Shown piece by piece: positions 49,384 to 59,894 of a stretch of 64,000 nt of DNA. Each line of letters opens with the position of its first letter. The first letter of the stretch is position 1. The position numbers and the translations under genes are program-made. The DNA lies in NCBI GenBank assembly GCA_965223325.1, contig CBDCWI010000001.1:352001-416000 (forward strand), given 5' to 3'. Source of the DNA: Candidatus Multivoradales bacterium. Its GTDB lineage: Bacteria > Acidobacteriota > Thermoanaerobaculia > Multivoradales > Multivoraceae. Under the pieces are notes generated by a model. It saw only the letters and a program-made list of their open reading frames with translations. It ran no database searches and was not told the origin of the DNA.

Positions 49384-50916
49384 ATGACCCCGAACTCATC
49401 CAACCCCCAGAAAGCACACCTCGAGCGCGGTCTCTCGCGGTTCGCCCGCCGGGAGGCGCGTCGTCACGCGTTCTGCCGCTTGTTGGCCGCTGGGTTCTCT
49501 CTTGCCATCGCCTCGCTCTCATGGCGCCTCCTGACCTTGACCGGCAGCATCGGCGGCAGCGTCTTCAACCAACGCGGCACCATACTTCTGGCTACGACGC
49601 TCGCGATCGGCGCGCTCTGTTGGGTGCTCGAAGCGCTGTTCAAGCGGCGCACCTTGCTGCAGGTCGCCACCGAGGTCGACCGGCGCGCCGCCCTCGACGA
49701 CCGCCTGCGAAGTGCCCTCGAGCTCGAGGATCCGCCCGTCGATCCAGAACAGCCGAAGGTGCACCCCCATCAGGCGAAGTCCTTCGGCTTCTTCGAGCTA
49801 CTCTGCCAGAGAGCCACCAGCGCCATCGATGCCATCGATCCGGCCGAAGTCTTCCCCTACCCGAACACCGCACGCGCAGGTTTCGCCGGGCTGGCCATCG
49901 CGAGCGCTATCGGTCTCTGGGTTTTGCTTCCACCGAGCGCCGACCCGGGGCCAGTCATGGCACAGTTGCCACTCGGTCAAGCGCTCGGTCCCCCGCCCGA
50001 AGCCGGTACCGACGCAATGTTCGACCCCGAAGAAACGCTCGAGCTCGACCCGGACGCCGCCCTGGTTGAGAGCGACCCGAGGAACGCTGGCAAGCCATTG
50101 ACCGGCGACCTCGAAACAACCCCACCCGGCGAAGCTTCCGAGCCCAGCGAAGGCGGCCAGGGCGCGCCCGACGATCGACTTCTCGAAGAAGTGCAGAAGG
50201 CGCTCGAGGAGGGGCGCAAGGCCGAGAACCAGGAAACTGACGCGGGTGAGCCCGGAGCAGCCGGCGAAGAGGCCGCCGGCGAAGACAGTGAGGCGTCGCA
50301 GCAGTCCGACGCACCCGGCCAGGAGCAGGCCGGCGCCCAGTCAGACGAGGGTGGCGAAGGGCAGAAACTCGAAGGTGCCAGCGAGGAGGCCGACGCCGAC
50401 GCCCCGCGCACGGGCATGGCATCGCTCGAGGGCGCTCCCAGCGATGAGAACAGCCAGTCGGAGACCGAACAGGGCGCGGGCTCGGGAGAGGGCACCGGCC
50501 CCCAGGCGGGTGAGGCCGCGGTCTTTGGCGAGATCGCCGAAATGCCGCTCTACCCGGAAATGAGCCTCGAGGAAGCGCTGCTCGAATCCGAGATGGGTGG
50601 CGGGCGCCCGCTCGATGAACCGCCACGCGAGCTTCCCAGTGTCGCTCAGGAAGCCGAGAGTCGCCGACGCACCGGCCTTCGGCAGGCCGAGACCATCGCC
50701 GGCGGTGGTGCCCTCGCATCGCCGGTGCCCCTGGCCCGTCGGGGCGTGTTGTCGCGTACCTATCCAGAGGACCCGCCAGATCCTGAAGAAGCAGGCACCG
50801 AGGCCCCGGGTCCTGACGAACCGGATACCAAGGGCCCAGACGCCAGCGCTCGAGGCACCGACTCAGGCGACGAAGCCGCCTCCGGCAACGCAACGGGCGG
50901 CCACCAGGCGAGGTGA
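49384..50916 (+). CDS. Membrane protein with long acidic low-complexity tail (MoxR-operon associated)
   Basis: Three TM segments, LDDRLRSALE motif, E/G/A/Q-rich C-terminal region. Confidence 0.7.
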   Translation: MTPNSSNPQKAHLERGLSRFARREARRHAFCRLLAAGFSLAIASLSWRLLTLTGSIGGSVFNQRGTILLATTLAIGALCWVLEALFKRRTLLQVATEVDRRAALDDRLRSALELEDPPVDPEQPKVHPHQAKSFGFFELLCQRATSAIDAIDPAEVFPYPNTARAGFAGLAIASAIGLWVLLPPSADPGPVMAQLPLGQALGPPPEAGTDAMFDPEETLELDPDAALVESDPRNAGKPLTGDLETTPPGEASEPSEGGQGAPDDRLLEEVQKALEEGRKAENQETDAGEPGAAGEEAAGEDSEASQQSDAPGQEQAGAQSDEGGEGQKLEGASEEADADAPRTGMASLEGAPSDENSQSETEQGAGSGEGTGPQAGEAAVFGEIAEMPLYPEMSLEEALLESEMGGGRPLDEPPRELPSVAQEAESRRRTGLRQAETIAGGGALASPVPLARRGVLSRTYPEDPPDPEEAGTEAPGPDEPDTKGPDASARGTDSGDEAASGNATGGHQAR

Positions 50917-51008
50917 GACATTGACCATCGACAACAACCATTCGACCAGGCCCCGGCTCGAGGAGCTGAGAGTTCCGGCCCCGTCCGAGCCACGTGAGGA
51001 GTAGAGAC

Positions 51009-52007
51009 ATGAGTGTTGCAGTAGCCGAAGGCCACATGGCCGAATTCCAGGACTCTTTCAGGAGCCTTCAAAAAGAGGTCGGGAACACCATCGTCGGCAA
51101 CGAAGACGTCATCCAACTCGCACTCACCAGTCTCCTGGCGGGCGGGCACGCGCTGCTCGAGGGCGTCCCGGGTCTAGGGAAGACCAGCCTCGTGCACGCG
51201 CTCGCCGACGCCCTCGACCTCACGTTCTCACGGATCCAGTTCACGCCCGACCTGATGCCGGGGGACATCCTGGGAACGCACGTGGTCGAAGAAACCGAAT
51301 CTGGCGGGCGCACCCTGATGTTTCGACCAGGGCCGCTGTTCGCGCACGTCATTCTCGCCGACGAAATCAACCGCGCCACGCCGCGAACCCAGTCGGCTCT
51401 GCTCGAGGCCATGCAGGAGCAGACGATCACCGTCGGCACCACGTCGCATGAGCTCGAGAAGCCGTTCCTGGTCCTGGCGACCCAGAACCCGCTCGAAATG
51501 GAAGGTACCTACCCGCTCCCCGAGGCACAACTCGATCGCTTCCTCTTCAAGCTCGAAATGGAGTACCCGAGTGACGAGGAACTGCACGAAATCCTCGAGC
51601 GCACCACCGCACGGGAGATGCCCAAGGTCAAAGCAGTGGCTGACGGCGCCTCGATCCTCGCCATGCGTGAGATGGTGCGGGCCGTGCCAGTGGCACCCAA
51701 CGTGCGCCAATACGCCATCTCGCTGACTCGCGCCACTGACCCGACCGATGCGCGCGCCCCGGAGCCCGTGCGCCGGTTGGTGCGTCACGGCGGCTCACCG
51801 CGTGCCGTGCAGGCGATGGTGCTGGGAGCGAAGGTTCGAGCCCTACTCGACAACCGCTCCTGGGTCTCGTGTGACGACATCGCCAAGATCGCGGGCCCGG
51901 CTCTCTCGCATCGCGTGCTCTTGAACTTCGAAGGCCAGGCAGAGGGCGCCTCGGCGCGCGAGCTGGTGCTGGCCGTGATCGAGTCGGTTCCGGTACCGGC
52001 CGACTGA
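51009..52007 (+). CDS. moxR: MoxR-family AAA+ ATPase
   Basis: GVPGLGKT, RIQFTPDLMPGD, LADEINRA, ATQNPLEMEGTYPLPEAQLDRF. Confidence 0.95.
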   Translation: MSVAVAEGHMAEFQDSFRSLQKEVGNTIVGNEDVIQLALTSLLAGGHALLEGVPGLGKTSLVHALADALDLTFSRIQFTPDLMPGDILGTHVVEETESGGRTLMFRPGPLFAHVILADEINRATPRTQSALLEAMQEQTITVGTTSHELEKPFLVLATQNPLEMEGTYPLPEAQLDRFLFKLEMEYPSDEELHEILERTTAREMPKVKAVADGASILAMREMVRAVPVAPNVRQYAISLTRATDPTDARAPEPVRRLVRHGGSPRAVQAMVLGAKVRALLDNRSWVSCDDIAKIAGPALSHRVLLNFEGQAEGASARELVLAVIESVPVPAD

Positions 52008-52020
52008 GGGACTGAGGAAC

Positions 52021-52923
52021 GTGGCGACCTCGGCCGAACCGGCGATCTTCGATCGCGATCTGCTGACGCGCCTGGCGCGCCTGCGGGTGGTCTCGAAGCG
52101 CGTCCTCGCCTCGGGGCTGGCGGGCGAACACCGCGTCAACCGGCGTGGAGCGGGGGCCGAGTTCGCCGACTACCGCCCCTACGTCCCAGGTGACGACCTG
52201 CGTGCCCTCGACCCGGGCGCCTGGTTGCGGCTCGACAAGTTGTTCGTGCGCCTGTACGAGGAGCAGGGTGACTTATCGCTCTATATCTTCCTGGACAACA
52301 GCGCCTCGCTGACCAAAGCCCAGAACGGAGTGCGCTTTCGCCTGGCCCGGCAGGTGGCCGGCATGCTTGGCTGGATCGCACTGCACCGCCACGACCCGGT
52401 TGACCTCTGGACCTACTCTCACCAACCGGGACCGGGCGTCTTCGGTCTTCGGGGGGCCGCCGCCGGCCAGCGACTCCTGCGCTTCCTCGAAACCCTCGAG
52501 GCCACCGGGGGTGAAACCGGGGGCACACGCCTCGCCGCCGTCTTGCACTCTGCCTTCGCCGCCCAACGCCGTCGCGGGTTGGTGGTGGTCATCTCGGATT
52601 TTCTCGACGACGACTGGCAAGACGCCTTCCGCCGCCTGGCGGCCCTACGCCACGACGTTCTCATTGTTCATCTCACCGATTCCGCCGACCCAAAGAAACT
52701 GCCTCCGATCGCCCTGCTCATCGATTCAGAAGACGGCAGCCAGCGGCGGGTGCGCGCGCGACCCTCGCTCATCAAGGCCTTACACCGTGAGCAGGCTAGA
52801 CATCGTGAAGATCTCGAGAACGCCTGCCGGCGCTGGGGCTTCGGTTATCTCGGTCTCGAGGACGAAGAGTCGCTGGATCAGGTTCTTCTGCGCACTCTCG
52901 CCCGTGGACGGGTAACGCGGTGA
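52021..52923 (+). CDS. DUF58 domain protein
   Basis: EFADYRPYVPGDDLR, LDNSAS, VISDFL. Confidence 0.9.
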   Translation: MATSAEPAIFDRDLLTRLARLRVVSKRVLASGLAGEHRVNRRGAGAEFADYRPYVPGDDLRALDPGAWLRLDKLFVRLYEEQGDLSLYIFLDNSASLTKAQNGVRFRLARQVAGMLGWIALHRHDPVDLWTYSHQPGPGVFGLRGAAAGQRLLRFLETLEATGGETGGTRLAAVLHSAFAAQRRRGLVVVISDFLDDDWQDAFRRLAALRHDVLIVHLTDSADPKKLPPIALLIDSEDGSQRRVRARPSLIKALHREQARHREDLENACRRWGFGYLGLEDEESLDQVLLRTLARGRVTR

Positions 52924-54629
52924 CGACTGTGCTCGACTGGCTCCCCGTCGCGATTGCAGCGGCGGTGATCCTGATCTACCTACTGCGCTTGCCGGCGCGC
53001 CCGGTCGAAGTGGGTTCGCTCCATCTCTGGCGGCGCCTGCTGGTCGAGAAGAGCCCGGTTCGCAACTGGCTACGCTTCCTTCTGTCGCTTCTCCTGGCAA
53101 CTGCAATCGCCGTTCTACTGGCCCTCACGCTGGTGCGCGGCGGTCTGCTCGAGGACTCAGCCAGTGGAAAACGTTTGATGGTGCTGGTCGACAACTCGCC
53201 GTCGATGGCCACGCTGCAGTCGGGGCGCACACGCCTGGCAATCGCCCAGGACGCAGCCCGCCGCGAGGTTCGGCGCGCCCCCACCGGCTCTAGGTTCTTG
53301 ATTTCCTCGACTCACCCGAGCGAGAACGACGACCAACCGAGGAACGATTCTGGCGACTGGCTCGACGCCAGCGAAGCCAGCTCGGTCATCAACAACATCA
53401 GCGTGGGCCACGGGGCACCGCGCACTCTCCGCGTGCCCGCTGCCCCTGGTAGTCCTGAGGTGCTGCACGTTACCGATGGCGTCGCGCCACGGCCACGCCT
53501 GCTGGCCGGCGACTCGCTCGGCTGGCGCACCATCACGGTCGCCGAGCCGGTGAGAAACGCTGGCATCTCGACGTTCGCAGTGCGTTCGGTAGAGAGTGCT
53601 CTGGAAGGAGGTCTCGCGGCGACGCGACGCGAGGCCGACCTCGAAGTCGTGCATTCGAGCGACCGCCCTGGTTCGGTTCGCTTGACCGTTCGTGACAGTG
53701 AGCGTGTGGTCTTCGAACGCAACCTCGAACTCGAGCCGGTGGCCATCTGGTCGGCAAGCCTCGACGCGACCCGCTGGGCGCCCGGCGACGTGGTGGCGCG
53801 GGTCGAACTGGCAGGGGACGCCTTCGAACGCGACGACGGCGCCAGCTTGACGGTCGATGCGCCCCGCCGGGTCGCGATGATCGGAAGGCCCACGCCCTTC
53901 GTGCGCCGGTTGATCGACGGGCACCCCCACCTCCGGGTCACCCGCGGGAAGCGCCTTTCCGAAATCGCTGGAGTCGACCGCCTCGGGGGAACCATACAGA
54001 TCGGAGTGGCGCCGGCCGATCCACCGAGCCTTCCGACTCTCTTGATCGACCCTCCACCCCGCGCCTGGTTACCGCTACCTGAACAACAGCTCAGTTTGCG
54101 GCCGGGGGCCCAACGTCTCGACGCTCCAACGCGAGCTCGAAGTACGCCCGACCTCGCACGCCTGGCAGAGGGCATCACCGGCCGTACCCTGCGGCTGCCG
54201 TGGCTGAGGAGGCTCGACTTCGATAACCCGGAGATCGAGGTAGCGACCGCAGCGGGCAAGGCCGCAGCCCGGTTCGAGATCGCCGCGACGATCGCAGGAC
54301 ACCCGGCACTCCTCGTCCACCCACAGGGACCCACCGTCGTTTTGCCCTTCCGCCCCACCGATGCGGCGGCAGGCACCGGCGGCGCCCTGATGATCGAGAA
54401 TGCCCTCGCCTACCTCTTCGAGCGACCGGCGGTCGAGCTTGGAATTCGCAACCGCACGATTTCGCTTCTTCGACCGCGTCCCGAGTTGGTGGCCGAGAAG
54501 GTCGTACCCTCGCTGACCGAAGCCGAACCGACGGAACCGGCACCGATTCCGTGGCGGGTTCTCCTCTCCACAGCCATCGCGCTTCTGGTCCTCGAGACCG
54601 TGACCTGGAACAGAAACGTCACGTACTGA
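52920..54629 (+). CDS. BatA N-terminal / VWA domain membrane protein
   Basis: ILIYLLR...SLHLW BatA-like N-terminus, VDNSPSM MIDAS, C-terminal TM. Confidence 0.8.
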   Translation: MTTVLDWLPVAIAAAVILIYLLRLPARPVEVGSLHLWRRLLVEKSPVRNWLRFLLSLLLATAIAVLLALTLVRGGLLEDSASGKRLMVLVDNSPSMATLQSGRTRLAIAQDAARREVRRAPTGSRFLISSTHPSENDDQPRNDSGDWLDASEASSVINNISVGHGAPRTLRVPAAPGSPEVLHVTDGVAPRPRLLAGDSLGWRTITVAEPVRNAGISTFAVRSVESALEGGLAATRREADLEVVHSSDRPGSVRLTVRDSERVVFERNLELEPVAIWSASLDATRWAPGDVVARVELAGDAFERDDGASLTVDAPRRVAMIGRPTPFVRRLIDGHPHLRVTRGKRLSEIAGVDRLGGTIQIGVAPADPPSLPTLLIDPPPRAWLPLPEQQLSLRPGAQRLDAPTRARSTPDLARLAEGITGRTLRLPWLRRLDFDNPEIEVATAAGKAAARFEIAATIAGHPALLVHPQGPTVVLPFRPTDAAAGTGGALMIENALAYLFERPAVELGIRNRTISLLRPRPELVAEKVVPSLTEAEPTEPAPIPWRVLLSTAIALLVLETVTWNRNVTY

Positions 54630-54663
54630 GACCCGCGCTTCTCATACCCCCGTCTTTCACCTC

Positions 54664-57261
54664 ATGAGCTTCGAGTACCCCATCGCCCTTCTTCTCCTGG
54701 TGCCCGCCACCTGGGTGGCACTCCAGTTCGCGCCCGAGGGGCCGGGCAGCCGGGTCCGCCGCGCCGCCCTTCGGTGGGCGACTCTGAGCGCCGCCACCCT
54801 CGCCCTCGCTGGCCCCCAGATCCAGGTCGCCGTTCCGGGAGCGCCGAGCGTGGTGGCCATCGACGTCTCGCAGAGCGTCTCACCTGCCTGGCTCGGCTCT
54901 GTCCTCGATCGTCTCGCGGCCCTCGAACAACGACAGCCCCATCGCTTCAACGTGGTGGCATTCGCCGACGGCGCCCAGCAGATCCAACGGGCGGCAGACC
55001 TTCGCGACCTGCGTGTTGGTCAACCAAAGGGGCCGCTCCAGGAAGGAACCGGCGATGGTAGCCCGGTGCGTGAGGCCGTTACCGCAACCACTCTAGGCCG
55101 CTCGCGTAGCGACCTGCTCGACGCCGCCGCCGTCGCACTGGCTGACAAACCAGCGCGCATTCTGCTCCTTTCCGACGGCAACTTCGAAGCCGACACCTTC
55201 GGGCGCGCCCTCGAGCAGTTCACCGCCGCGGAAGTCCCAGTTTCAACTGTCGTCGCCGCCAGCCGCACTCCCAAGTACCCACTCGTTGTGTCGGTGCGCA
55301 GCCTGACCGAGGCCCGGGCTGGGAGTCCGACGCGCCTCGAGGTCGAAATCGTAGCTCCACTCGAGATGACCGTCGAACTCGATCTGACCCACGCCGGGGC
55401 CGATGCAGCCGAAACCGGGACCGAGGCTCTCGCCAGTCTCGTCTATCGACATCCCGGCGGGCTCCAGAAACTGGTCCTCGAGCCGCGGATCGAAGAGACC
55501 GGCGATCTGCCGCTCGTTCTGGCGCTGCGCTATGACACAGACGATGACGGCCTTCTCGATGCCGGCGCGACCTACCCCGTCGCCCTCGCTGTCGGCGAGC
55601 CGCTGCGGGTTCTCTACGTCGAGGGCGAGCAAGAGAACGCGCGCTACTTCGCCCGAGCGCTCGACGAAGCCGGCTTCGACGTCATCCGCCAACGGCCGGG
55701 CGCGATTCCCACCAGGGCAGAAGAGCTCGCGACCTACGACGTGGTCGTCCTGAGCGATACGAACGCCAACGACCTTCCCCCCGGTGCTTCGGCCGCAGTC
55801 GCCACCTGGGTACGGGATCTGGGTGGCGGGCTCCTGTTTGCCGGAGGCGAGAACACGTACGGCGAGAACGGTTGGTCTGACACGCCGATCGAGAGGGTCC
55901 TGCCCCTCGAGCTCGAGGTCGAGGAAGAAGAGAGCGACGTCGCCATGGTGATCGTGCTCGACAAGAGCTACAGCATGCGAGGCGAGAAAATCGAGCTCGC
56001 CAAAGCGGCGAGCGTCGCAGCCCTGGGAGTTCTCGAAGACCGCCACCACTTCGGCCTCATCGCCTTCGACTGGAACCCCACCGTCGTGGTGCCGCTGCGT
56101 CCGGCGAGCGAGCGCGACGCGATCACCGAGCTCATCGGTCGCATCGAGGCGACGGCCCAAACCAACTTCTTTCCCGCCCTGGTGATGGCCTCCGACACTC
56201 TCGAAGCAAGCACCGCGCGCACCAAACACATCGTGCTGCTCTCCGACGGAAAGACCTATCCCGACGCCTACCAGCGACTGCTCGCCGAACTCCGGGAGAG
56301 CGGCATCACGGTGTCGACCGTCGCGGTGGGTGCCGAAGCCGACAAGGACCTCCTCGGCCAGATCGCCGAATGGGGTGGTGGCCGCAGCTACGTCGTCGAA
56401 GACGCCCAACGGGTGGTCAACGTGCTGGTGGAAGAAGCCGAGATGACCCTGCAGGACTCGGTGATCGAAGAATCGACCCAGGTCGTCGTAACAGCCCGGG
56501 CGCCCTTCCTCGACGGGGTGCGCATGAACACCGCACCGCCAATCGACGGCTACGTCGCGGCCCTGGCTCGCGATCGCGCCGAAGTGGTGCTCCAAACCCC
56601 AGACGAGAAACCGGTGCTTGCGAGCTGGAACATTGGCCAGGGCCGCTCGATCTTCTTCACCAGCGACCTCAGCAACCGGTGGAGCGCCGACTGGATCACC
56701 TGGCGCGACTGGGGTCGGCTGTGGGCCCAGGTGGTTCGTGACCTCGGCGGTCGGTCGCTGTCGGGACGCACCCGGGTCGAGCTCGAGCGCCTCGGCTCGA
56801 CCGTGACGGTCACCCTCACCGCAACGACGTCTTCGGGCCGTCCGGCGATGGCCCTTGAACCGGCACTCGTGCTCCCGTCGGGGGACCGCCCCATGAATCC
56901 GATCGGACCTGGCCGCTACCAGGCGCAGTTGCAGGCGCGTCCCGCTTCCGCACCGATCACCATCACGACGAGGAGCGACGACGGCCTACCGCCCGGCAAC
57001 CACTACCTGAGCTGGCCGCAGAGCGACGAGTTCTCTGTCCTCGCGCCCAACCCTCAGACGCTCGCACTCCTGGCCCGCGCCACGGGTGGGAAGCAGGGCC
57101 AGGACCTCGAAGAGGCCCTCGCTTCGCCGCCTGGCGCGGCACGCCATCCCCGGCTTCTGGCCCCGTGGTTGGCAGCACTGGCACTCCTCCTGTTCTTGTT
57201 CGAGATTCTCTCGCGGCGACTTCCTATTCGGTGGCCGAGTGCTCAGAGCGCCCATCGATAG
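54664..57261 (+). CDS. VWA plus glutamine-amidotransferase-like domain membrane protein
   Basis: IDVSQSV, LLSDG, VLYVEG, GGGLLFAGG, LDKSYSM, C-terminal TM. Confidence 0.85.
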   Translation: MSFEYPIALLLLVPATWVALQFAPEGPGSRVRRAALRWATLSAATLALAGPQIQVAVPGAPSVVAIDVSQSVSPAWLGSVLDRLAALEQRQPHRFNVVAFADGAQQIQRAADLRDLRVGQPKGPLQEGTGDGSPVREAVTATTLGRSRSDLLDAAAVALADKPARILLLSDGNFEADTFGRALEQFTAAEVPVSTVVAASRTPKYPLVVSVRSLTEARAGSPTRLEVEIVAPLEMTVELDLTHAGADAAETGTEALASLVYRHPGGLQKLVLEPRIEETGDLPLVLALRYDTDDDGLLDAGATYPVALAVGEPLRVLYVEGEQENARYFARALDEAGFDVIRQRPGAIPTRAEELATYDVVVLSDTNANDLPPGASAAVATWVRDLGGGLLFAGGENTYGENGWSDTPIERVLPLELEVEEEESDVAMVIVLDKSYSMRGEKIELAKAASVAALGVLEDRHHFGLIAFDWNPTVVVPLRPASERDAITELIGRIEATAQTNFFPALVMASDTLEASTARTKHIVLLSDGKTYPDAYQRLLAELRESGITVSTVAVGAEADKDLLGQIAEWGGGRSYVVEDAQRVVNVLVEEAEMTLQDSVIEESTQVVVTARAPFLDGVRMNTAPPIDGYVAALARDRAEVVLQTPDEKPVLASWNIGQGRSIFFTSDLSNRWSADWITWRDWGRLWAQVVRDLGGRSLSGRTRVELERLGSTVTVTLTATTSSGRPAMALEPALVLPSGDRPMNPIGPGRYQAQLQARPASAPITITTRSDDGLPPGNHYLSWPQSDEFSVLAPNPQTLALLARATGGKQGQDLEEALASPPGAARHPRLLAPWLAALALLLFLFEILSRRLPIRWPSAQSAHR

Positions 57262-57300
57262 CACCCGCGACCACGCGCTGGCCCCACCAAGAAAGCCCCA

Positions 57301-57340
57301 ACAAGAAGGAGCGCCCCGGAGGGGCGCCCTTTGGTTCGTT
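57301..57340. terminator. Probable bidirectional intrinsic terminator
   Basis: GCGCCCC-GGA-GGGGCGC hairpin with A-rich and T-rich flanks between convergent genes. Confidence 0.65.
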
Positions 57341-57377
57341 GGCGTCGTCTAGCGGTAGACGAAACCCATCGGCTGCC

Positions 57378-58754
57378 TCAGTCGCCAGCCTCCTCGCGGG
57401 AATCCCTGAAGCGCTTCATCCACTTCGTGCGCTCTTCTGGAGTCAGCGCCTCCCAGTCCACGCCGAGACGCTCTTTCAGCATCTTCTTCATCCGCTCGGG
57501 GTTGTTGCTGCCGGCGCCGAAAATCCCGCCCTGGGGAACGAAGCCAGGCTCGGCATCGGCATAGGCAATGAACCCGAACATCATCTCGGCGGTCGTTGGC
57601 TGGCCATAGACCACCGTCGCGGAAGGATCAGGGTTGGCCGGATTGTCGGCCGAGTTGTTCCACGCCATGGTGAGCTCGATCTCGGTCCCTGCAGGGATTC
57701 GCTTGCCGCCCTCAGGATAGGCGTAGTGGGTCTGCCAGTTGAAGTCGTACTCTGGAACCTCGAGCAGGGTCTCTTTGGTGCCGTCAGGGTAGGTCGCAAC
57801 ATACTTGGCGTAGGTCCCGCGCAAATGCATGTGCGGGGTGTAGCCGAGTAAAAGGGTTTCGCGATCGAACGTTGTGGTCACCTTCTCGGCGTGACGTTTG
57901 GCACCAGGTGGGATCTCGAAGTTGAACTTCCCCATCGAGTCGCTGGCAACTCGATACTCGGGGGTGTAGCCCTCGGGGTAGAAGCGAATCGCGGCTTCGG
58001 AAAGGTCCCAGGTACCAGTGCCGTCACCTGCCTCCTTGTGGTAGTGCATCTGCCACTTGATCTTGGTGCCCGGTTCGAGCAGCACGCCGAAGCCATCGTT
58101 GTACACCGTCGGGTCGTTGCCCGGTGCAATGCCGCCCAGTGGCCGCGCGATGATGTGATGCACCACGGGGCTACCGGGACGGAACTCGACCGCCTTGATG
58201 AAACGGGGACCCGAGATCATGTCTTCGGTGATCTCGGTGGTGAAGTTGATGTACTGGTCCTCGACGTCGTCTTCGACGAAGTACTTCTCGCCCATGTTGA
58301 TCACCAGGTCGGGTGTTCCAATCGTCCAACCTTCGACACTCGGCCACTCACGGGCGGGCGGCGCCTGGCTGATATCCCCGGCGGTCGCCCCGGTCTTGGC
58401 CCAGCGCACCAGAGTGTCGATTGCGTCTTGATCCATGGTGCGCTCGTTCGCGAACACTCCGTGGTATTCGGGTGCCGCATGCCACGGTGGCATCTTGCGC
58501 GCTTCGACCTGCTTGGCAATCGACTTCGCCCACGGGCGGGTCTCTTCGTAGGAGGTAAAGGCCATCGGAGCCACCATGCCGCCGAGGTTGGCACCGTTGG
58601 GGCGATGGCAGACCTGGCAGTTCTCCTGCAGGATCGGTAGGACTTCGCCGTAGAAAGTCGGGGTTTCGACCTCAGTATCGTTGTTGTTCGATGAGGCCAT
58701 GGCTCCGGCCGCGAGCAGGAGGGCTGCGGCGGAGCCGATGAGTACCTTGCGCAT
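57378..58754 (-). CDS. Secreted cytochrome c / copper type II (PHM/DBH-like) monooxygenase fusion
   Basis: Signal peptide, CQVCH, MPPW, VHHII, QMHYH, PHMHLRG, YDFNWQ, EMM. Confidence 0.8.
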   Translation of the reverse strand: MRKVLIGSAAALLLAAGAMASSNNNDTEVETPTFYGEVLPILQENCQVCHRPNGANLGGMVAPMAFTSYEETRPWAKSIAKQVEARKMPPWHAAPEYHGVFANERTMDQDAIDTLVRWAKTGATAGDISQAPPAREWPSVEGWTIGTPDLVINMGEKYFVEDDVEDQYINFTTEITEDMISGPRFIKAVEFRPGSPVVHHIIARPLGGIAPGNDPTVYNDGFGVLLEPGTKIKWQMHYHKEAGDGTGTWDLSEAAIRFYPEGYTPEYRVASDSMGKFNFEIPPGAKRHAEKVTTTFDRETLLLGYTPHMHLRGTYAKYVATYPDGTKETLLEVPEYDFNWQTHYAYPEGGKRIPAGTEIELTMAWNNSADNPANPDPSATVVYGQPTTAEMMFGFIAYADAEPGFVPQGGIFGAGSNNPERMKKMLKERLGVDWEALTPEERTKWMKRFRDSREEAGD

Positions 58755-58886
58755 AGCGGTCTCTCCGGTCTTGGATGGAAGCGACGGCCTTTCGACCGCC
58801 CGGTCGGTCGGTTCTCCTACAATGTATCGTGAGCCATCCCGTCTCAGCAACTTTCCGCAACTCACGTCCCGAGGCTGCGCTCTGAT

Positions 58887-59894
58887 TCAGGCGCTCTCGC
58901 TCGCCATGGCAGTCGCCGCTGCACCGAGAAGGCCCGCACGCACGCCGAGTCTCGAGACCAGGAGCTCGATGTCGCCGCTCTCGAAAACCCGCAGGCGCTC
59001 GTCCAGTGTTGCCCGGATCGGGTCGAGCAACAGGTCGCCGAGACGCGCCATGCCGCCCCCGAAAACGATCGCATCGGGATGGAGGGTCACGCCCAGGTTG
59101 GTCGCCACCAGGCCGAGATAGCGGCCAGCGCGGGCAATCGCGTCGCGCACTGCATCGTCGCCGGCGCGTGCCGCCTGGGCCATGCTGGCCGCGTCGACTT
59201 TGGAAACGTCTCCAGACAGGAGCTCGTGCAGCTTGGGGGCCTTGCCCGAAAGCATCAAGCGAACGCCCTCGCCTGCCAGTGCCGGGCCGGAGGCGTAGGC
59301 CTCGACACACCCGTAGCCGCCGCAACCACAGGGTCGACCGTTCGCCTCGACGATCTGGTGACCAACCTCCCCGGCCGACCCCAGCGGACCGAGCCGGAGA
59401 CGACCGTCGATGACCACTCCCCCGCCGATTCCAGTTCCCAGTGCCAGAAACGCAAACGACCGATAGGTCTGGCCGTGCCCGAAGCGCAGCTCGCCGAGCG
59501 TCGCGGCGCGCACGTCATTGATCAATGAGATCGAACGGCCGAGGGCGGCCGCGAGAGGACCACTTGCGTCGATATCTCGCCACCCGCCACCCAGGTTGGG
59601 AAGCCAGCGGGCGATCCCGGTTTCCGAGTCGACCCACCCTGGCAGGCCGACTCCCACGGCCCGGGCCGTCTGGCCGGCTTCTCCCTCGAGCGCCAGGGCC
59701 ATCTCGCCCAGCCGCGCGAGCACCGCCTCCGGGCCCTCGTAGGCGAGCGTTGGCAACTTGGTCGAGCGCAGGACCGTACCGGAGTCGTCGACCAGGGCGG
59801 CTTTCATCGTAGTCGCTCCTACGTCGACCCCGAGCCAACAAGAAGGGGAGGCTCGAGCCTCCCCCTGGACCGCCGACTGTGATGGCTTGGACAA
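58887..59894 (-). CDS. ROK-family sugar kinase (glucokinase-like)
   Basis: GVDVGAT, NDVRAATLGE, GTGIGGG, GEVGH, CGCGGYGCVE; no HTH domain. Confidence 0.9.
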   Translation of the reverse strand: MSKPSQSAVQGEARASPSCWLGVDVGATTMKAALVDDSGTVLRSTKLPTLAYEGPEAVLARLGEMALALEGEAGQTARAVGVGLPGWVDSETGIARWLPNLGGGWRDIDASGPLAAALGRSISLINDVRAATLGELRFGHGQTYRSFAFLALGTGIGGGVVIDGRLRLGPLGSAGEVGHQIVEANGRPCGCGGYGCVEAYASGPALAGEGVRLMLSGKAPKLHELLSGDVSKVDAASMAQAARAGDDAVRDAIARAGRYLGLVATNLGVTLHPDAIVFGGGMARLGDLLLDPIRATLDERLRVFESGDIELLVSRLGVRAGLLGAAATAMASESA

